This document shows, piece after piece, positions 29,845-40,140 of a stretch of 51,839 nucleotides of DNA; within the stretch, counting starts at the first letter, position 1; every line of letters begins with the position of its first letter. Source of the stretch: an uncultured Rhizobiaceae bacterium (lineage in GTDB: Bacteria > Pseudomonadota > Alphaproteobacteria > UBA828); contig CAYRUX010000011.1 in NCBI GenBank assembly GCA_964427515.1, positions 1 through 51,839 of the forward strand, read 5' to 3'. The notes under the pieces were generated by a model. That model had not been told where the DNA came from, did no database searches, and saw nothing but the letters and a program-made list of their open reading frames with translations. Made by a program: the position numbers and the translations under genes.

Positions 29845-30396
29845 TTATTGACCATTATTAGACCTAATATGTTCTTGCAATCGCGGCATAAGTTCTACCA
29901 GGTTGCAGGGTTTCTGCCGTATATCTAACTGAAACTTCAGTATATTATCCCAAGCGTCGCGACAGGCTCCAGGTGAACCAGGTAAAGAAAAAAGATATGT
30001 TCCGCCAGACACTCCACCTGACGCTCTTGATTGTAGAGTTGAGGTTCCTATTATCTCATAGCTTAGCTGGCGAATAAGTTCTCCAAAACCATGGATTTCT
30101 TTTTCATAGACTTGTGCTAATGCTTCGGGGGTTATGTCCCTGCCTGTCAGCCCCGTTCCTCCAGTGGCAATAACCGTATCAATTTCGGGAGACATAATCC
30201 AAGATTGAAGTTGCTTGACAAGTGTTTCTAGCTCATCTTTTACAATAAGGCGGGCAACTAAGTTATGGCCTGATTCCCTAATTTTATTTTCAAGCACGTC
30301 GCCAGATTTGTCGTTAGCTAAACTCCGTGTATCGGACACTGTTAGCAAGGCAATATTTACGGGTAAAAATTCTACTTTGTTATTAGGATCACTCAT
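29845..30396 (-). CDS. moaB: Molybdenum cofactor biosynthesis protein B (MoaB/MogA fold)
   Basis: IALLTVSDTRS...DKSGD and GGTGLTGRDITPEA motifs. I prefer ATG 30396 (MSDPNN...) to the track start 30495, which would overlap the slt gene by 91 nt. Confidence 0.85.
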   Translation of the reverse strand: MSDPNNKVEFLPVNIALLTVSDTRSLANDKSGDVLENKIRESGHNLVARLIVKDELETLVKQLQSWIMSPEIDTVIATGGTGLTGRDITPEALAQVYEKEIHGFGELIRQLSYEIIGTSTLQSRASGGVSGGTYLFSLPGSPGACRDAWDNILKFQLDIRQKPCNLVELMPRLQEHIRSNNGQ

Positions 30397-30404
30397 TTTG
30401 AGAT

Positions 30405-32162
30405 TTACTCCTGTGGTAAGTACTTTGGCCAATGTCCTGAAACTGTTGCGTTGAGAGAGGGGGCATGTTGAAAAAGTTGAGATCTGTATATCCAATAGTT
30501 TGTGCTAACGCTTTTTATAAATTGTCTTGTTTCACTTGAACGGATGCTCTCAGCAAAAAGCAGAGGATCTTCACCGAAATTAGTTTTTTCTAGCCACTTT
30601 CTTAAATTTCCAGGCCCAGCATTGTAAGCGCAGAGTAGAAAAAAGAAGTTGTTTCCTATATCTTTAAGTGTAAGTAGGTGCTCTAAATAGCTTTGGCCAA
30701 GAGAAATATTTAAAACAGGGTCATTTAGCGCTTTTCTGTTCTTAATTACAATATTTTTCCTTTTTGCGACAAAGTTAGCCGTTTTAGGCATTAGCTGCAT
30801 CAACCCGAGCGCACCACGGCGACTTCGAGATTTAGCTCTAAATTTTGATTCTTGGCGAATAAGTGCAAAAATAAGGGCACGATCTATCGTATAACCATCT
30901 ATGGGCATCCAGTTAGGTAGCGGAAATACAGCGCTATCGCGTTTGGTTCCATCCATAGCACTTAATTGTTTCCCCAATAACATCTGTACATCCGCGTATC
31001 CAAGGGCACCGGCAAGTTTGGGAAGGATTTTAATAAGATTTAGTGAATTTTTGGCCCAGAATGAATAAATTTCTCGAATTGCTCGGTTGTCTTGCTCGAT
31101 TTGCGCTAATGCTAGTATTCGTCTAGCACTTTCAGATTCATGAAGTAGTTTTTTGTCAGCTTTGGTTAACCTTGAGGAATTCCAGTCAAATGCCAGTTCA
31201 AGTCCCAATGCGCGCGTCGCAAGCAGTCCATAAAATGTTCGTGGCTGCTTTATAGACATATTTAACCAATGCGACACGTTTTCCGGACGCCCTAATCTAA
31301 GTTCTGCCCTGCTAGCCCAATAAGCCCCGGATGATTTTAACCAAGGCGCAGCTGTAGAAGACACCGCTAGTTCAGTGAAATGAGCAAGAGCCTCCTCATA
31401 TTTGGATAAACGCCATGCAGCAAGACCCGCTGTCCAGTCTGATTCCGGAATTGAACTACGCACCTGTTTTGCACTAGAGGACGCAAGGCTTAATGCTAAT
31501 TCGTCTTTATTATGAAGGTAGTAACTCCAGGCAATTCGCGATTGATAAAAATAAAATTCCGTCTTACTAGCCAGGTCTGTATGGGAATTATCCATTAAAA
31601 TCGTGCGGGCTCCTGTAGGCCAACCCCTACGTATTCGGGATCGCATTGTACGTTGCATTTTTGATAATTTTTCACGTTGATTGCTATTAAGATTATGTCC
31701 TGAAATAGTTGGTTTTTTGTATCCAGATATGCCAACAGGTAGTTCCGACCGTACACCTGTTAGGGGGGAATTAGGAAAATCCTTTCCTTTAGGTCGGCGT
31801 TTTAAGGCCAGTCGATATAGTCGTCGCGCATCGGGATGATCTGCATATAGGTTCAGCCAGACAGTTAACTCGTTGAAAGTAGAACGGTGGGCCGTTGGGT
31901 GAAGGTATTTCTGAGCCAGCACGTGACCCATCAATATGTCATTATCAAGTTGTCGAATGATTTTTTTAGCTGCAGTTAGTTTACCAAGTTTTTGTAACTC
32001 AAATATTTTTTGGTACCGCACTTCATCAATTTCAGAAAGAATTGGCGTAAAAGTTTCAATGTAATTTGAAACCAAAGGTTGGTGTTCTGATTTTGCAACT
32101 GTGTAGATATTTTCTTCTTGCAGATTGGCGGCTAACTTGTTGGCGAATGCTATTGGCGCCAA
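30405..32162 (-). CDS. Slt-family soluble lytic murein transglycosylase
   Basis: Superhelical N-terminal region plus the catalytic domain motifs ALIRQESKF, GALGLMQLMP and AYNAGPGN. The true 5' end probably lies upstream, up to 32231 (see finding). Confidence 0.88.
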   Translation of the reverse strand: MAPIAFANKLAANLQEENIYTVAKSEHQPLVSNYIETFTPILSEIDEVRYQKIFELQKLGKLTAAKKIIRQLDNDILMGHVLAQKYLHPTAHRSTFNELTVWLNLYADHPDARRLYRLALKRRPKGKDFPNSPLTGVRSELPVGISGYKKPTISGHNLNSNQREKLSKMQRTMRSRIRRGWPTGARTILMDNSHTDLASKTEFYFYQSRIAWSYYLHNKDELALSLASSSAKQVRSSIPESDWTAGLAAWRLSKYEEALAHFTELAVSSTAAPWLKSSGAYWASRAELRLGRPENVSHWLNMSIKQPRTFYGLLATRALGLELAFDWNSSRLTKADKKLLHESESARRILALAQIEQDNRAIREIYSFWAKNSLNLIKILPKLAGALGYADVQMLLGKQLSAMDGTKRDSAVFPLPNWMPIDGYTIDRALIFALIRQESKFRAKSRSRRGALGLMQLMPKTANFVAKRKNIVIKNRKALNDPVLNISLGQSYLEHLLTLKDIGNNFFFLLCAYNAGPGNLRKWLEKTNFGEDPLLFAESIRSSETRQFIKSVSTNYWIYRSQLFQHAPSLNATVSGHWPKYLPQE

Positions 32163-32322
32163 GTGTATTATTTGGAAAGAGACAATTGTTATAAATAGAG
32201 ATAAGCCAGATAGTAGCAGAATAAGTCGCAGCCCTTAGGTTTAAATGAAATTAGCAATTGAATTCCCTATCAGGGGAAAAAGTCTTATAAAACAATTATG
32301 TGCTGGTAACAACATGAGCGTT

Positions 32323-33225
32323 TTAGAAATCAAGATTAGCTAGCTTATTTTTAATACTTAGAAAATCCGTCCATGCTTCCTGTTTGGCAGAAGGCTGACG
32401 TAAAAGATAGGCCGGGTGGAATGTCGCCAAAGTTAAAATAGGTGCATTGAGGCCAATTATTGCAATTTTCTGCCACTTTCCGCGTAACCGGGTAATACCT
32501 TCCTTACGGTCTAGTATGGTTTTTGCCGCTATACCACCAATTAAAACAAGAATTTTTGGTTGAATTAATGCAATTTGTCTCTCGACAAACGGTTGGCATA
32601 AAGCAATTTCTTCTGTAGTCGGTGTTCTATTCCCCGGAGGTCTCCAAGGTAAAATGTTGGTTATATATACTTCGGTTCTGCTCAAGCCAATCGAGGAAAG
32701 CATACGATCCAGTAACTTTCCAGCTGGGCCAACAAATGGTACGCCTTGACGATCTTCTTCTGCTCCTGGAGCCTCTCCTACAAACATTATTTTAGCTGTA
32801 TTATTCCCAGATCCAGTAACAGTATTGGTTGCCGTACGCTTGAGAGCGCACCCTTCGAAGGCATTAATCATACTATATAATTCTTCAAGGGTATTGGAGC
32901 GGTTAGCAATTTCTTTAGCTTTCGCCACTGTTGCAATTTGACCAATGATAACGTCCTTACTACTTTTGCTCTGAAGTTGAGAAGAGACGGAATGTTGATT
33001 AACTTCAGATTCGTTGTTTACAATAGCCTCGATTGTAATTTTAGATTTTAACCCTGTGTCGATGCGATTTCGCGGCGCAGGGCCTATCGGTTCTTTGACC
33101 CCAATTTCATTATAAAATTTTAATAGTTGATAAAAATTCTTTGAAACATTCATACTTTGATTGTAGCACATTCTTGCCCAGTATGAGTACAATTGATCTT
33201 GGGCTAAAAACACTCTTATAAGCAT
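32323..33225 (-). CDS. Family-4 uracil-DNA glycosylase with an N-terminal extension
   Basis: [24 protein letters not shown] and HPAYLLR motifs. The start is uncertain: 33225, 33171 or 33153. Confidence 0.85.
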   Translation of the reverse strand: MLIRVFLAQDQLYSYWARMCYNQSMNVSKNFYQLLKFYNEIGVKEPIGPAPRNRIDTGLKSKITIEAIVNNESEVNQHSVSSQLQSKSSKDVIIGQIATVAKAKEIANRSNTLEELYSMINAFEGCALKRTATNTVTGSGNNTAKIMFVGEAPGAEEDRQGVPFVGPAGKLLDRMLSSIGLSRTEVYITNILPWRPPGNRTPTTEEIALCQPFVERQIALIQPKILVLIGGIAAKTILDRKEGITRLRGKWQKIAIIGLNAPILTLATFHPAYLLRQPSAKQEAWTDFLSIKNKLANLDF

Positions 33226-33252
33226 GCACCTACGAGATTAAAGGAAAATGTA

Positions 33253-34893
33253 ATGACACGAGAGGCTATGGAGTATGATGTAGTCATTGTTGGAGCAGGG
33301 CCAGCCGGTCTATGTGCAGCAATACGATTAAAACAACTTGCTGCAGAAAAACAGTCTGAAGTTAGTGTTACCATCGTTGAAAAAGGGTCTGAAGTCGGTG
33401 CACATATATTATCGGGTGCAGTATTTGAATCTCTTGTTCTAGACGAATTAATACCCGATTGGCGAGAAAAAAAAGCACCCTTAAATACTCCGGTTACAAG
33501 CGATAAATTTCTCTTTTTAACAAAGTCAGGTACTTTCAAATTACCAAATTTTTTGTTGCCTCCTCAGATGCACAATCAGGGAAATTACATAATTAGTTTA
33601 GGTAATTTATGCCGATGGTTAGGTAAAGAGGCAGAGAAGTTAGGAGTAGAAATTTACCCTGGTTTTGCCGCTAAGGAAATTTTGTTCAATGAGGACGGAA
33701 GTGTAAAAGGTATTGCTACTGGAGACATGGGAATAGCTAAAGATGGAAGCAGAAAGGACACATTTGAATCAGGGGTTGAGCTACACGCTAAATACACATT
33801 ATTTGCTGAGGGCGCGCGAGGGTCCTTAAGCCAAGAGTTGATGAATATATTCCAGTTACGAAATAATGTGGAGCCACAGACTTATGGAATTGGTATAAAG
33901 GAATTATGGCAAATTGATCCAGCCAAGCACAAGGCAGGATTGGTGCAGCACAGTTTTGGATGGCCACTTGATAAACAAACATATGGTGGAACATTCTTGT
34001 ATCATTTGGAAAAAGATTTGGTGGCGGTGGGAATGGTAGTGGCGTTGGATTATGTAAACCCGCACCTTTCTCCTTTTGACGAATTTCAGAAGATGAAAAC
34101 ACATCCAGCTATTGCAACTCATATCGAGGGGGGAAAAAGATTATCATATGGTGCACGAGCTATTAACGAAGGTGGTTTACAATCTATTCCGAAGCTAGTT
34201 TTTCCCGGTGGAGCACTTATTGGTTGCAGCGCTGGTTTTCTTAATGTGCCTAAGATTAAGGGGAGCCATAATGCTATGAAGTCTGGGATGCTTGCTGCTA
34301 CTGCAGTTTTTAATTCTATAGAGAATGGTAAAAATGGGAACAACTTGCTAAGTGAATATGAGAATTCTATGGGTAAATCTCGGGTCTACAAGGAATTAAA
34401 ACAAGCAAGAAATTGTCGGCCATCTTTTAGATGGGGCTTATTTGCCGGTACAATGATTAGCGGGTTTGAGTTGAGGACTCGCGGGTTAATGCCTTGGACA
34501 TTGAGGCATCATCATGACCATACACAATTGAGGACGGTAGCAAAATCAAAACCAATAGATTATCTAAAACCTGATGGGATATTAACTTTTGATAAACTGT
34601 CCTCTGTATTTATGTCTAATACAAATCATGAGGAAAATCAGCCTTCACATCTCAAGCTTAGGGATGAGACACTTCCGATAAAACATAATCTTGCTTTATA
34701 TGATGCACCGGAGCAGCGTTACTGCCCCGCGGGTGTTTACGAAATTGTTACACCTGATGAAGCGGAGCCTTATTTGCAAATTAATGCGCAAAACTGTGTG
34801 CATTGTAAGACGTGCGATATTAAAGATCCAAAACAGAATATTTTTTGGACTGTTCCCGAAGGTGGCGGTGCCCCCAATTACTCAAACATGTGA
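33253..34893 (+). CDS. Electron-transfer flavoprotein:ubiquinone oxidoreductase
   Basis: YDVVIVGAGPAGL FAD motif and the C-terminal 4Fe-4S motif CPAGVYE...NCVHCKTCDIKDP, at 546 aa. Confidence 0.94.
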   Translation: MTREAMEYDVVIVGAGPAGLCAAIRLKQLAAEKQSEVSVTIVEKGSEVGAHILSGAVFESLVLDELIPDWREKKAPLNTPVTSDKFLFLTKSGTFKLPNFLLPPQMHNQGNYIISLGNLCRWLGKEAEKLGVEIYPGFAAKEILFNEDGSVKGIATGDMGIAKDGSRKDTFESGVELHAKYTLFAEGARGSLSQELMNIFQLRNNVEPQTYGIGIKELWQIDPAKHKAGLVQHSFGWPLDKQTYGGTFLYHLEKDLVAVGMVVALDYVNPHLSPFDEFQKMKTHPAIATHIEGGKRLSYGARAINEGGLQSIPKLVFPGGALIGCSAGFLNVPKIKGSHNAMKSGMLAATAVFNSIENGKNGNNLLSEYENSMGKSRVYKELKQARNCRPSFRWGLFAGTMISGFELRTRGLMPWTLRHHHDHTQLRTVAKSKPIDYLKPDGILTFDKLSSVFMSNTNHEENQPSHLKLRDETLPIKHNLALYDAPEQRYCPAGVYEIVTPDEAEPYLQINAQNCVHCKTCDIKDPKQNIFWTVPEGGGAPNYSNM

Positions 34894-35007
34894 GATTTTT
34901 GTGGAAAAATGGCGCGGTAAAGTATCAGCATGCATTAACCACATTACATCGTGCCGACTAAGGTTTATGCGCCATGTTGTGGCAGCAAACGTGTGGAGTA
35001 GGTGTGA

Positions 35008-36723
35008 ATGTTGAAAGTTTTAGCACCTTTAATATTAGCTGTTGCTTTTATATGGCCTTTTCAGGGTATCACCGACACTCGCAATTTCGACATATCGGAT
35101 AGATTGAGGTCTAAAATTGCAGAATACAGTGCTCTTTCAGGTAATTATTTAGCTGGTCGATATGCTTATGACCAAAATGATATTTCATCCGCTATAAAAT
35201 TTTACAAGGGAGTTTTAGAAGACGACTCTAACAATACGATTATATTGCAACGGGCTTTGATACTTGCACTCCAGAAAGAAAATTTTTCCGAATCCTTAGA
35301 GCTCGCAAAAAGATTGGTAGATCTAGATAGTAAATCTAATATTGGAAATCTTGTTCTGGCAGTACAAGCCATTCAGAGAAATAACTTCGGTCATGCATTA
35401 ATTTATATAGATAAAATAGATCGGAATGGTATTTACAGTCTTGTACTACCACTGATGGAAAGTTGGGTGAAGTTAGGTCTGGGTGAAAACTTTGACGATG
35501 TTATAGAGTCTATAACACCGCTATCAAGTGATCAGAGTTTTAGAATTTATTATAACTATCATAAGGCTCTTATGGCAGCTATGGCAGAGCATTGGGAGAT
35601 CTCGGATAGGTCTTTTAAAACTGCATTTAGCGATAACAATGGAGCCACACTCCGTATTGCAACTGTTTACGGGAGTTTTTTAATCAATCAGGGCCGACGT
35701 GACGAAGCCCGGGAGGTTGTAACCAAATTTGGAGAGAAAAATCCTGGATCACCCTGGATTGATTTATTGGCCGAGACTATTTTCGAAAGCAATTCGCCGA
35801 CTGCCAATATTACAACAGTTGGAGAGGGGGTTGCGGAAACATTTTTTGGCGCAGCAAGTGGATTGTCGAATAAAACAGCACACGATACGGCATTAATTTT
35901 TGCAAATTTAGCACTTCAGTTAAGGCCTAAATTTCCAATCCTGATCATGTTTTCTGGCGAGCGACTTGATGTATTAAGACGTTATGCTGACTCAGTAAAG
36001 ACATACCGGTCAATTTCGCCAGCGAGTCCTTATTTCCGGTCAGCAAGGTTACGGATCGCTGCAAGCTTGGCCAATATTGATCGCAATGATGAAGCCGTGA
36101 AAATATTAAAGGAAATGATTAAAGAACGTCCAATTAGCGTGGATGTAGCTATAGCTCTGGGTGATATTCTTAGAATCAATAATCGCTTCGAGGAATCAAT
36201 CGAATATTATGATTTGGCTATTGATCAGATTAAGACAATAGAGTCATGGCATTGGTCATTGTACTATTCTCGTGGAATAGTTTTAGAGCGTACCAACCGG
36301 TGGCCTCTGGCGGAAGAAGATTTTCTAAAAGCGCTAGAATTAAAGCCTGACCAACCACTTGTTTTAAACTATCTTGGATATTCCTGGGTTGAACAGGGTA
36401 CAAATCTACAGCGGGCAATGGTACTGATAAAACGTGCTGTTACACTCCGCCCTACAGACGGTTACATCGTTGATAGTTTAGGCTGGGCATTTTACCGCTT
36501 GGAACTGTATGAAGAAGCTGTAAAATATCTTGAGAGAGCCATAATTCTCAGACCAGAGGATCCGATTATCACTGACCACCTTGGCGATATATATTGGCAT
36601 GTTGGAAGAAGAGTTGAGGCTAAATTTCAGTGGGAGCGAGCATTAACTTTGGGAGCCGATGATGAGGCGGCATCTATAATTAGACAAAAATTAAAAAATG
36701 GCATTCCCAACCTTGATGAATAA
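35008..36723 (+). CDS. Secreted TPR-repeat protein
   Basis: N-terminal signal peptide (MLKVLAPLILAVAFIW). C-terminal TPR units (e.g. AEEDFLKALELKPDQP, YEEAVKYLERAIILRPEDP). It lies upstream of ispE. Confidence 0.75.
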   Translation: MLKVLAPLILAVAFIWPFQGITDTRNFDISDRLRSKIAEYSALSGNYLAGRYAYDQNDISSAIKFYKGVLEDDSNNTIILQRALILALQKENFSESLELAKRLVDLDSKSNIGNLVLAVQAIQRNNFGHALIYIDKIDRNGIYSLVLPLMESWVKLGLGENFDDVIESITPLSSDQSFRIYYNYHKALMAAMAEHWEISDRSFKTAFSDNNGATLRIATVYGSFLINQGRRDEAREVVTKFGEKNPGSPWIDLLAETIFESNSPTANITTVGEGVAETFFGAASGLSNKTAHDTALIFANLALQLRPKFPILIMFSGERLDVLRRYADSVKTYRSISPASPYFRSARLRIAASLANIDRNDEAVKILKEMIKERPISVDVAIALGDILRINNRFEESIEYYDLAIDQIKTIESWHWSLYYSRGIVLERTNRWPLAEEDFLKALELKPDQPLVLNYLGYSWVEQGTNLQRAMVLIKRAVTLRPTDGYIVDSLGWAFYRLELYEEAVKYLERAIILRPEDPIITDHLGDIYWHVGRRVEAKFQWERALTLGADDEAASIIRQKLKNGIPNLDE

Positions 36724-37606
36724 AAAGGTGAAATTTATTCAGGAGCACGTTGTATCAGTTGATGCACCAGCCAAGCTTAACCTTTATCTGCATGTCACAG
36801 ACCAAAGGCCTGACAAATTACATGATATAGATAGTTTAGTTATATTTATACCACCTTATGATAAAATAAGTGTGAAACGATCAAACGTATTTTCGTTAAA
36901 TATAAAAGGCCCTTTTGCTAGCAACTTACTGAAAGATGATGGGCAAAATCTGGTAGAGTTAGCTGCATTTAGATTAGCTGACTTATTTGGGATAAAGCCT
37001 TTTGTGGAAATTACTTTGGTTAAAAATCTTCCAATAAGTGCTGGCATTGGAGGAGGATCTTCTGATGCTGCTGCAACAATTAAAGCTTTGATAGAACTAT
37101 GGAATGTTGATTTAGAGCCTCAGCGAATTCAAGTGCTTGCCCGTTCATTAGGTGCGGATGTTCCAATGTGTTTATATGGGAAAGCCTGCTTTGTAGGAGG
37201 TACTGGAGCCAAAATATGCCCCGCCCCTTCCTTGCCCTCATTTGGGGTTTTATTGGTTAATCCCCAGGTTCCGTTGGCTACTATAGATGTATTTAAAGCT
37301 CGAAAAGGGCCGTTTTCAGGCTCTGGCAGGTTTCAAAACGATTTAGTCAACGCAACAAGTTTAACAGAAGTTCTTGCAATGCGTACAAACGACCTCGAAA
37401 AGATAGCGATAGGCAAAATGCCAGTGATTCAGAATGTTCTTGAGTCATTAACTAATCTTTCAGGCTGTAGTTTAGCTAGAATGTCGGGTAGTGGTGCTAC
37501 ATGTTTTGGATTATTTGATTCTGAATATAGTGCAATTCGAGGTGCGGAAGTTCTGGGCCTTCAAAATAAAAATTGGTGGATAAGGCCAAGTAAATTTAAT
37601 TGCTAG
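36698..37606 (+). CDS. ispE: 4-diphosphocytidyl-2-C-methyl-D-erythritol kinase
   Basis: APAKLNLYLHV and the GHMP kinase loop PISAGIGGGSSDAAA. The start is ambiguous: 36698, 36716 or GTG 36728. Confidence 0.9.
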   Translation: MAFPTLMNKKVKFIQEHVVSVDAPAKLNLYLHVTDQRPDKLHDIDSLVIFIPPYDKISVKRSNVFSLNIKGPFASNLLKDDGQNLVELAAFRLADLFGIKPFVEITLVKNLPISAGIGGGSSDAAATIKALIELWNVDLEPQRIQVLARSLGADVPMCLYGKACFVGGTGAKICPAPSLPSFGVLLVNPQVPLATIDVFKARKGPFSGSGRFQNDLVNATSLTEVLAMRTNDLEKIAIGKMPVIQNVLESLTNLSGCSLARMSGSGATCFGLFDSEYSAIRGAEVLGLQNKNWWIRPSKFNC

Positions 37607-37693
37607 CCAAAATTTGTTCCATTTGGCTCGGGTCTGTTTAAGAATAGACAATTGTGGTACTTTTGAAACAATTTGGCTTGTCATCCAGTTTTT

Positions 37694-38965
37694 TCAGAGC
37701 TGCCACCTCAAAAATTTAGAAGGGATAGGATGTTGTTTCCACATTCCGGGTATATCGGCAAGCAAGCCACCTTCTTTAAGAAGTCCAAAGACTTTTTCGA
37801 TTGGTAACTGGACGAAACTATCATGACCGACAGCACCAACCACGCAGTCATAGGAATGTTTAAAGTCGATACTTTCGATTAACTTAATACTATACAAGGC
37901 TTCAGCTTCTTCATGGTTCGCCAAAGGATCATACACGTCAACAATGTGCCCAGCTTTTTCTAGCAACTTAACTATATTTGCAATTAGAGAGTTTCGTAAG
38001 TCAGAAACGTTTTTCTTAAAGGTTAAACCCAAAACAAGAATATGGCTATTTGGTGCCACGATTTTATTAGTTAGGTGTGAACTGATGAAGGCACTCATAC
38101 CATCGTTGAGGTACCTGCCTGCTAGTATTACTTCGGGTCTATGTCCTGCTTTTTCGGCTCGATAAGCCAAATAATAAGGATCCACCCCTATGCAATGTCC
38201 TCCGACTAAACCTGGGGAAAAATTAAGAAAGTTCCATTTAGTGCTGGCGGCTTCCAATACATCCGCACTTGATAGTCCAAGCTTGTGGCAGATTTGCGAA
38301 ACTTCATTAACAAATGCGATATTTATATCGCGTTGAGCATTTTCTATTACCTTGGCTGCCTCTGCAGTCCGAATATCCGGTGTATTGTATATGTTATTAC
38401 AATTTATTGGCGCGTAGAGTTCAGAAATTTTTTTAGTAGTTTCTTCCGTATCCCCAGCAACTATTTTAGTGATATTTTTTAGGGTATGTTTTGTATCACC
38501 AGGGTTAATACGTTCAGGTGAGTAACCAACGTTAAACCCTTCTCGCCACTTTAAGCCAGATGAGATTTCAAGTTCAGGCACGCATTCTTCTTCAGTAAGG
38601 CCTGGCCAAACGGTGCTTTCATAGATTACAATACTTCCTTGTTTAAGTTGTGTTCCAACCGTACGCGATGCCGATAAAATTGCTGTCAGGTCAGGCTTGT
38701 TTTGGGTATCTACGGGTGTCGGTACCGTGATAATATAAAAGTTCGCATGCCTGATATCTTCAGGGTTTGAGCTCCATGTTATATTTTTCTTCGTAAGTGA
38801 TTCACTGGAGGCTTCATTATTTCGGTCATAACCTCGGATTAACTGAAGAATTCTTTTTTCTTGAATATCATAACCTATTACCCTGTTACTTTCAGCCATT
38901 GCGATTGCAAGAGGTAACCCAACATAACCCAGGCCAATAATGGCAACTCTATTTATGTTTGACAT
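37694..38965 (-). CDS. Nucleotide-sugar 6-dehydrogenase (TviB/WbpO/CapL-like, UDP-N-acetylhexosamine or UDP-glucose class)
   Basis: IIGLGYVGLPLA Rossmann motif and catalytic Cys in GGHCIGVDPYYL, at 423 aa. Confidence 0.85.
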   Translation of the reverse strand: MSNINRVAIIGLGYVGLPLAIAMAESNRVIGYDIQEKRILQLIRGYDRNNEASSESLTKKNITWSSNPEDIRHANFYIITVPTPVDTQNKPDLTAILSASRTVGTQLKQGSIVIYESTVWPGLTEEECVPELEISSGLKWREGFNVGYSPERINPGDTKHTLKNITKIVAGDTEETTKKISELYAPINCNNIYNTPDIRTAEAAKVIENAQRDINIAFVNEVSQICHKLGLSSADVLEAASTKWNFLNFSPGLVGGHCIGVDPYYLAYRAEKAGHRPEVILAGRYLNDGMSAFISSHLTNKIVAPNSHILVLGLTFKKNVSDLRNSLIANIVKLLEKAGHIVDVYDPLANHEEAEALYSIKLIESIDFKHSYDCVVGAVGHDSFVQLPIEKVFGLLKEGGLLADIPGMWKQHPIPSKFLRWQL

Positions 38966-39152
38966 ATCTGGATGTTCTCCGATTTGCAGATGAACTAATG
39001 TAAGCTATTCGCCTGAAACGCCTCTGCTGTCAAATTTGAATTAGTTTATTTTTAGTATCATTATGTTTATATGTTTAGTTGTGAAGAATGTTGTATCCTG
39101 AAGGATTTAAAGCGATAAAAAGGATACTGGCCACCTGCCACACTGAGATACG

Positions 39153-40133
39153 ATGAGCATTTTTATTACTGGAGCCGCTGGTTTCATAGGTTATCAGACA
39201 TGCAAAGCCTTACTTAAGCGTGGCCGTTCCGTAGTCGGTATAGACAATCTAAACAATTACTATGATGTAAGGCTCAAGAAGGCACGGCTTTCTCAGCTAA
39301 AAAAATATAATAATTTTACGTTTATTCACGTCGATATCTCCGATAATGACCTGCTTTCTAGAAAATTACCGAATTTAGATGATGTATCAAGTGTCTTACA
39401 TTTAGCAGCGCAAGCAGGCGTAAGGTACTCCTTGGTTAATCCAAAAGCATATGTGGAGGCAAATATTGTTGGGCAAATAAATATTCTCGAGTTGTGTCGT
39501 CAAATGAAAAATTTGAAACATTTAGTGTATGCGAGTTCTAGTTCTGTTTATGGAAATAGTACTCAGGTGCCTTTTTCAGAAAAACACTCTGTTGATAAGC
39601 CTGTTTCTCTCTATGCTGCAACTAAAAAAGCCGATGAGTTAATGGGCTATTCATATGCGCATCTATTTGGAATTCCGATGACAGGACTACGCTTTTTTAC
39701 AGTGTATGGCCCCTGGGGAAGGCCTGACATGGCAGCTTTTATTTTCGCAAAAGCGATATATGAGGGAACACCCATCAAAATATTTAATAATGGTGATATG
39801 CGAAGAGACTTTACCTATGTAGATGATGAGGTTCGGGGAGTTCTTTCGGTGTTGGCCTCTCCACCGGTCGCTGATGGGAGGAATCCACCCCACCGCATTT
39901 ACAACATAGGAAATAACCGTTCGGAACCTCTTCTAAGATTTGTTGAATTACTAGAGAGAGCAATTGGACGATCCGCTCACAAGGAACTTGTTCCTATGCA
40001 GGCAGGTGACGTGAGAGAAACTTGCGCCGATATTGAGGCCATTTACGCAGATCATGGTTTCAAGCCAAAAACTAGTATTGACGAGGGAATTCCAAGATTT
40101 GTTAAGTGGTTTCAAAAATATCATGGATTTTAG
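39153..40133 (+). CDS. NAD-dependent nucleotide-sugar (uronate) 4-epimerase, SDR family (TviC/Cap1J-like)
   Basis: TGAAGFIG, SSSSVYG and YAATKKADE (YxxxK) motifs at 326 aa. Confidence 0.85.
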   Translation: MSIFITGAAGFIGYQTCKALLKRGRSVVGIDNLNNYYDVRLKKARLSQLKKYNNFTFIHVDISDNDLLSRKLPNLDDVSSVLHLAAQAGVRYSLVNPKAYVEANIVGQINILELCRQMKNLKHLVYASSSSVYGNSTQVPFSEKHSVDKPVSLYAATKKADELMGYSYAHLFGIPMTGLRFFTVYGPWGRPDMAAFIFAKAIYEGTPIKIFNNGDMRRDFTYVDDEVRGVLSVLASPPVADGRNPPHRIYNIGNNRSEPLLRFVELLERAIGRSAHKELVPMQAGDVRETCADIEAIYADHGFKPKTSIDEGIPRFVKWFQKYHGF

Positions 40134-40140
40134 CAATATC

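Noticed and set aside
33216-33539. 107-aa minus-strand ORF spanning the UDG/ETF-QO divergent junction
   Set aside because: It is antisense to the well-supported FAD-binding N-terminus of ETF-QO, and its translation has no recognisable features.
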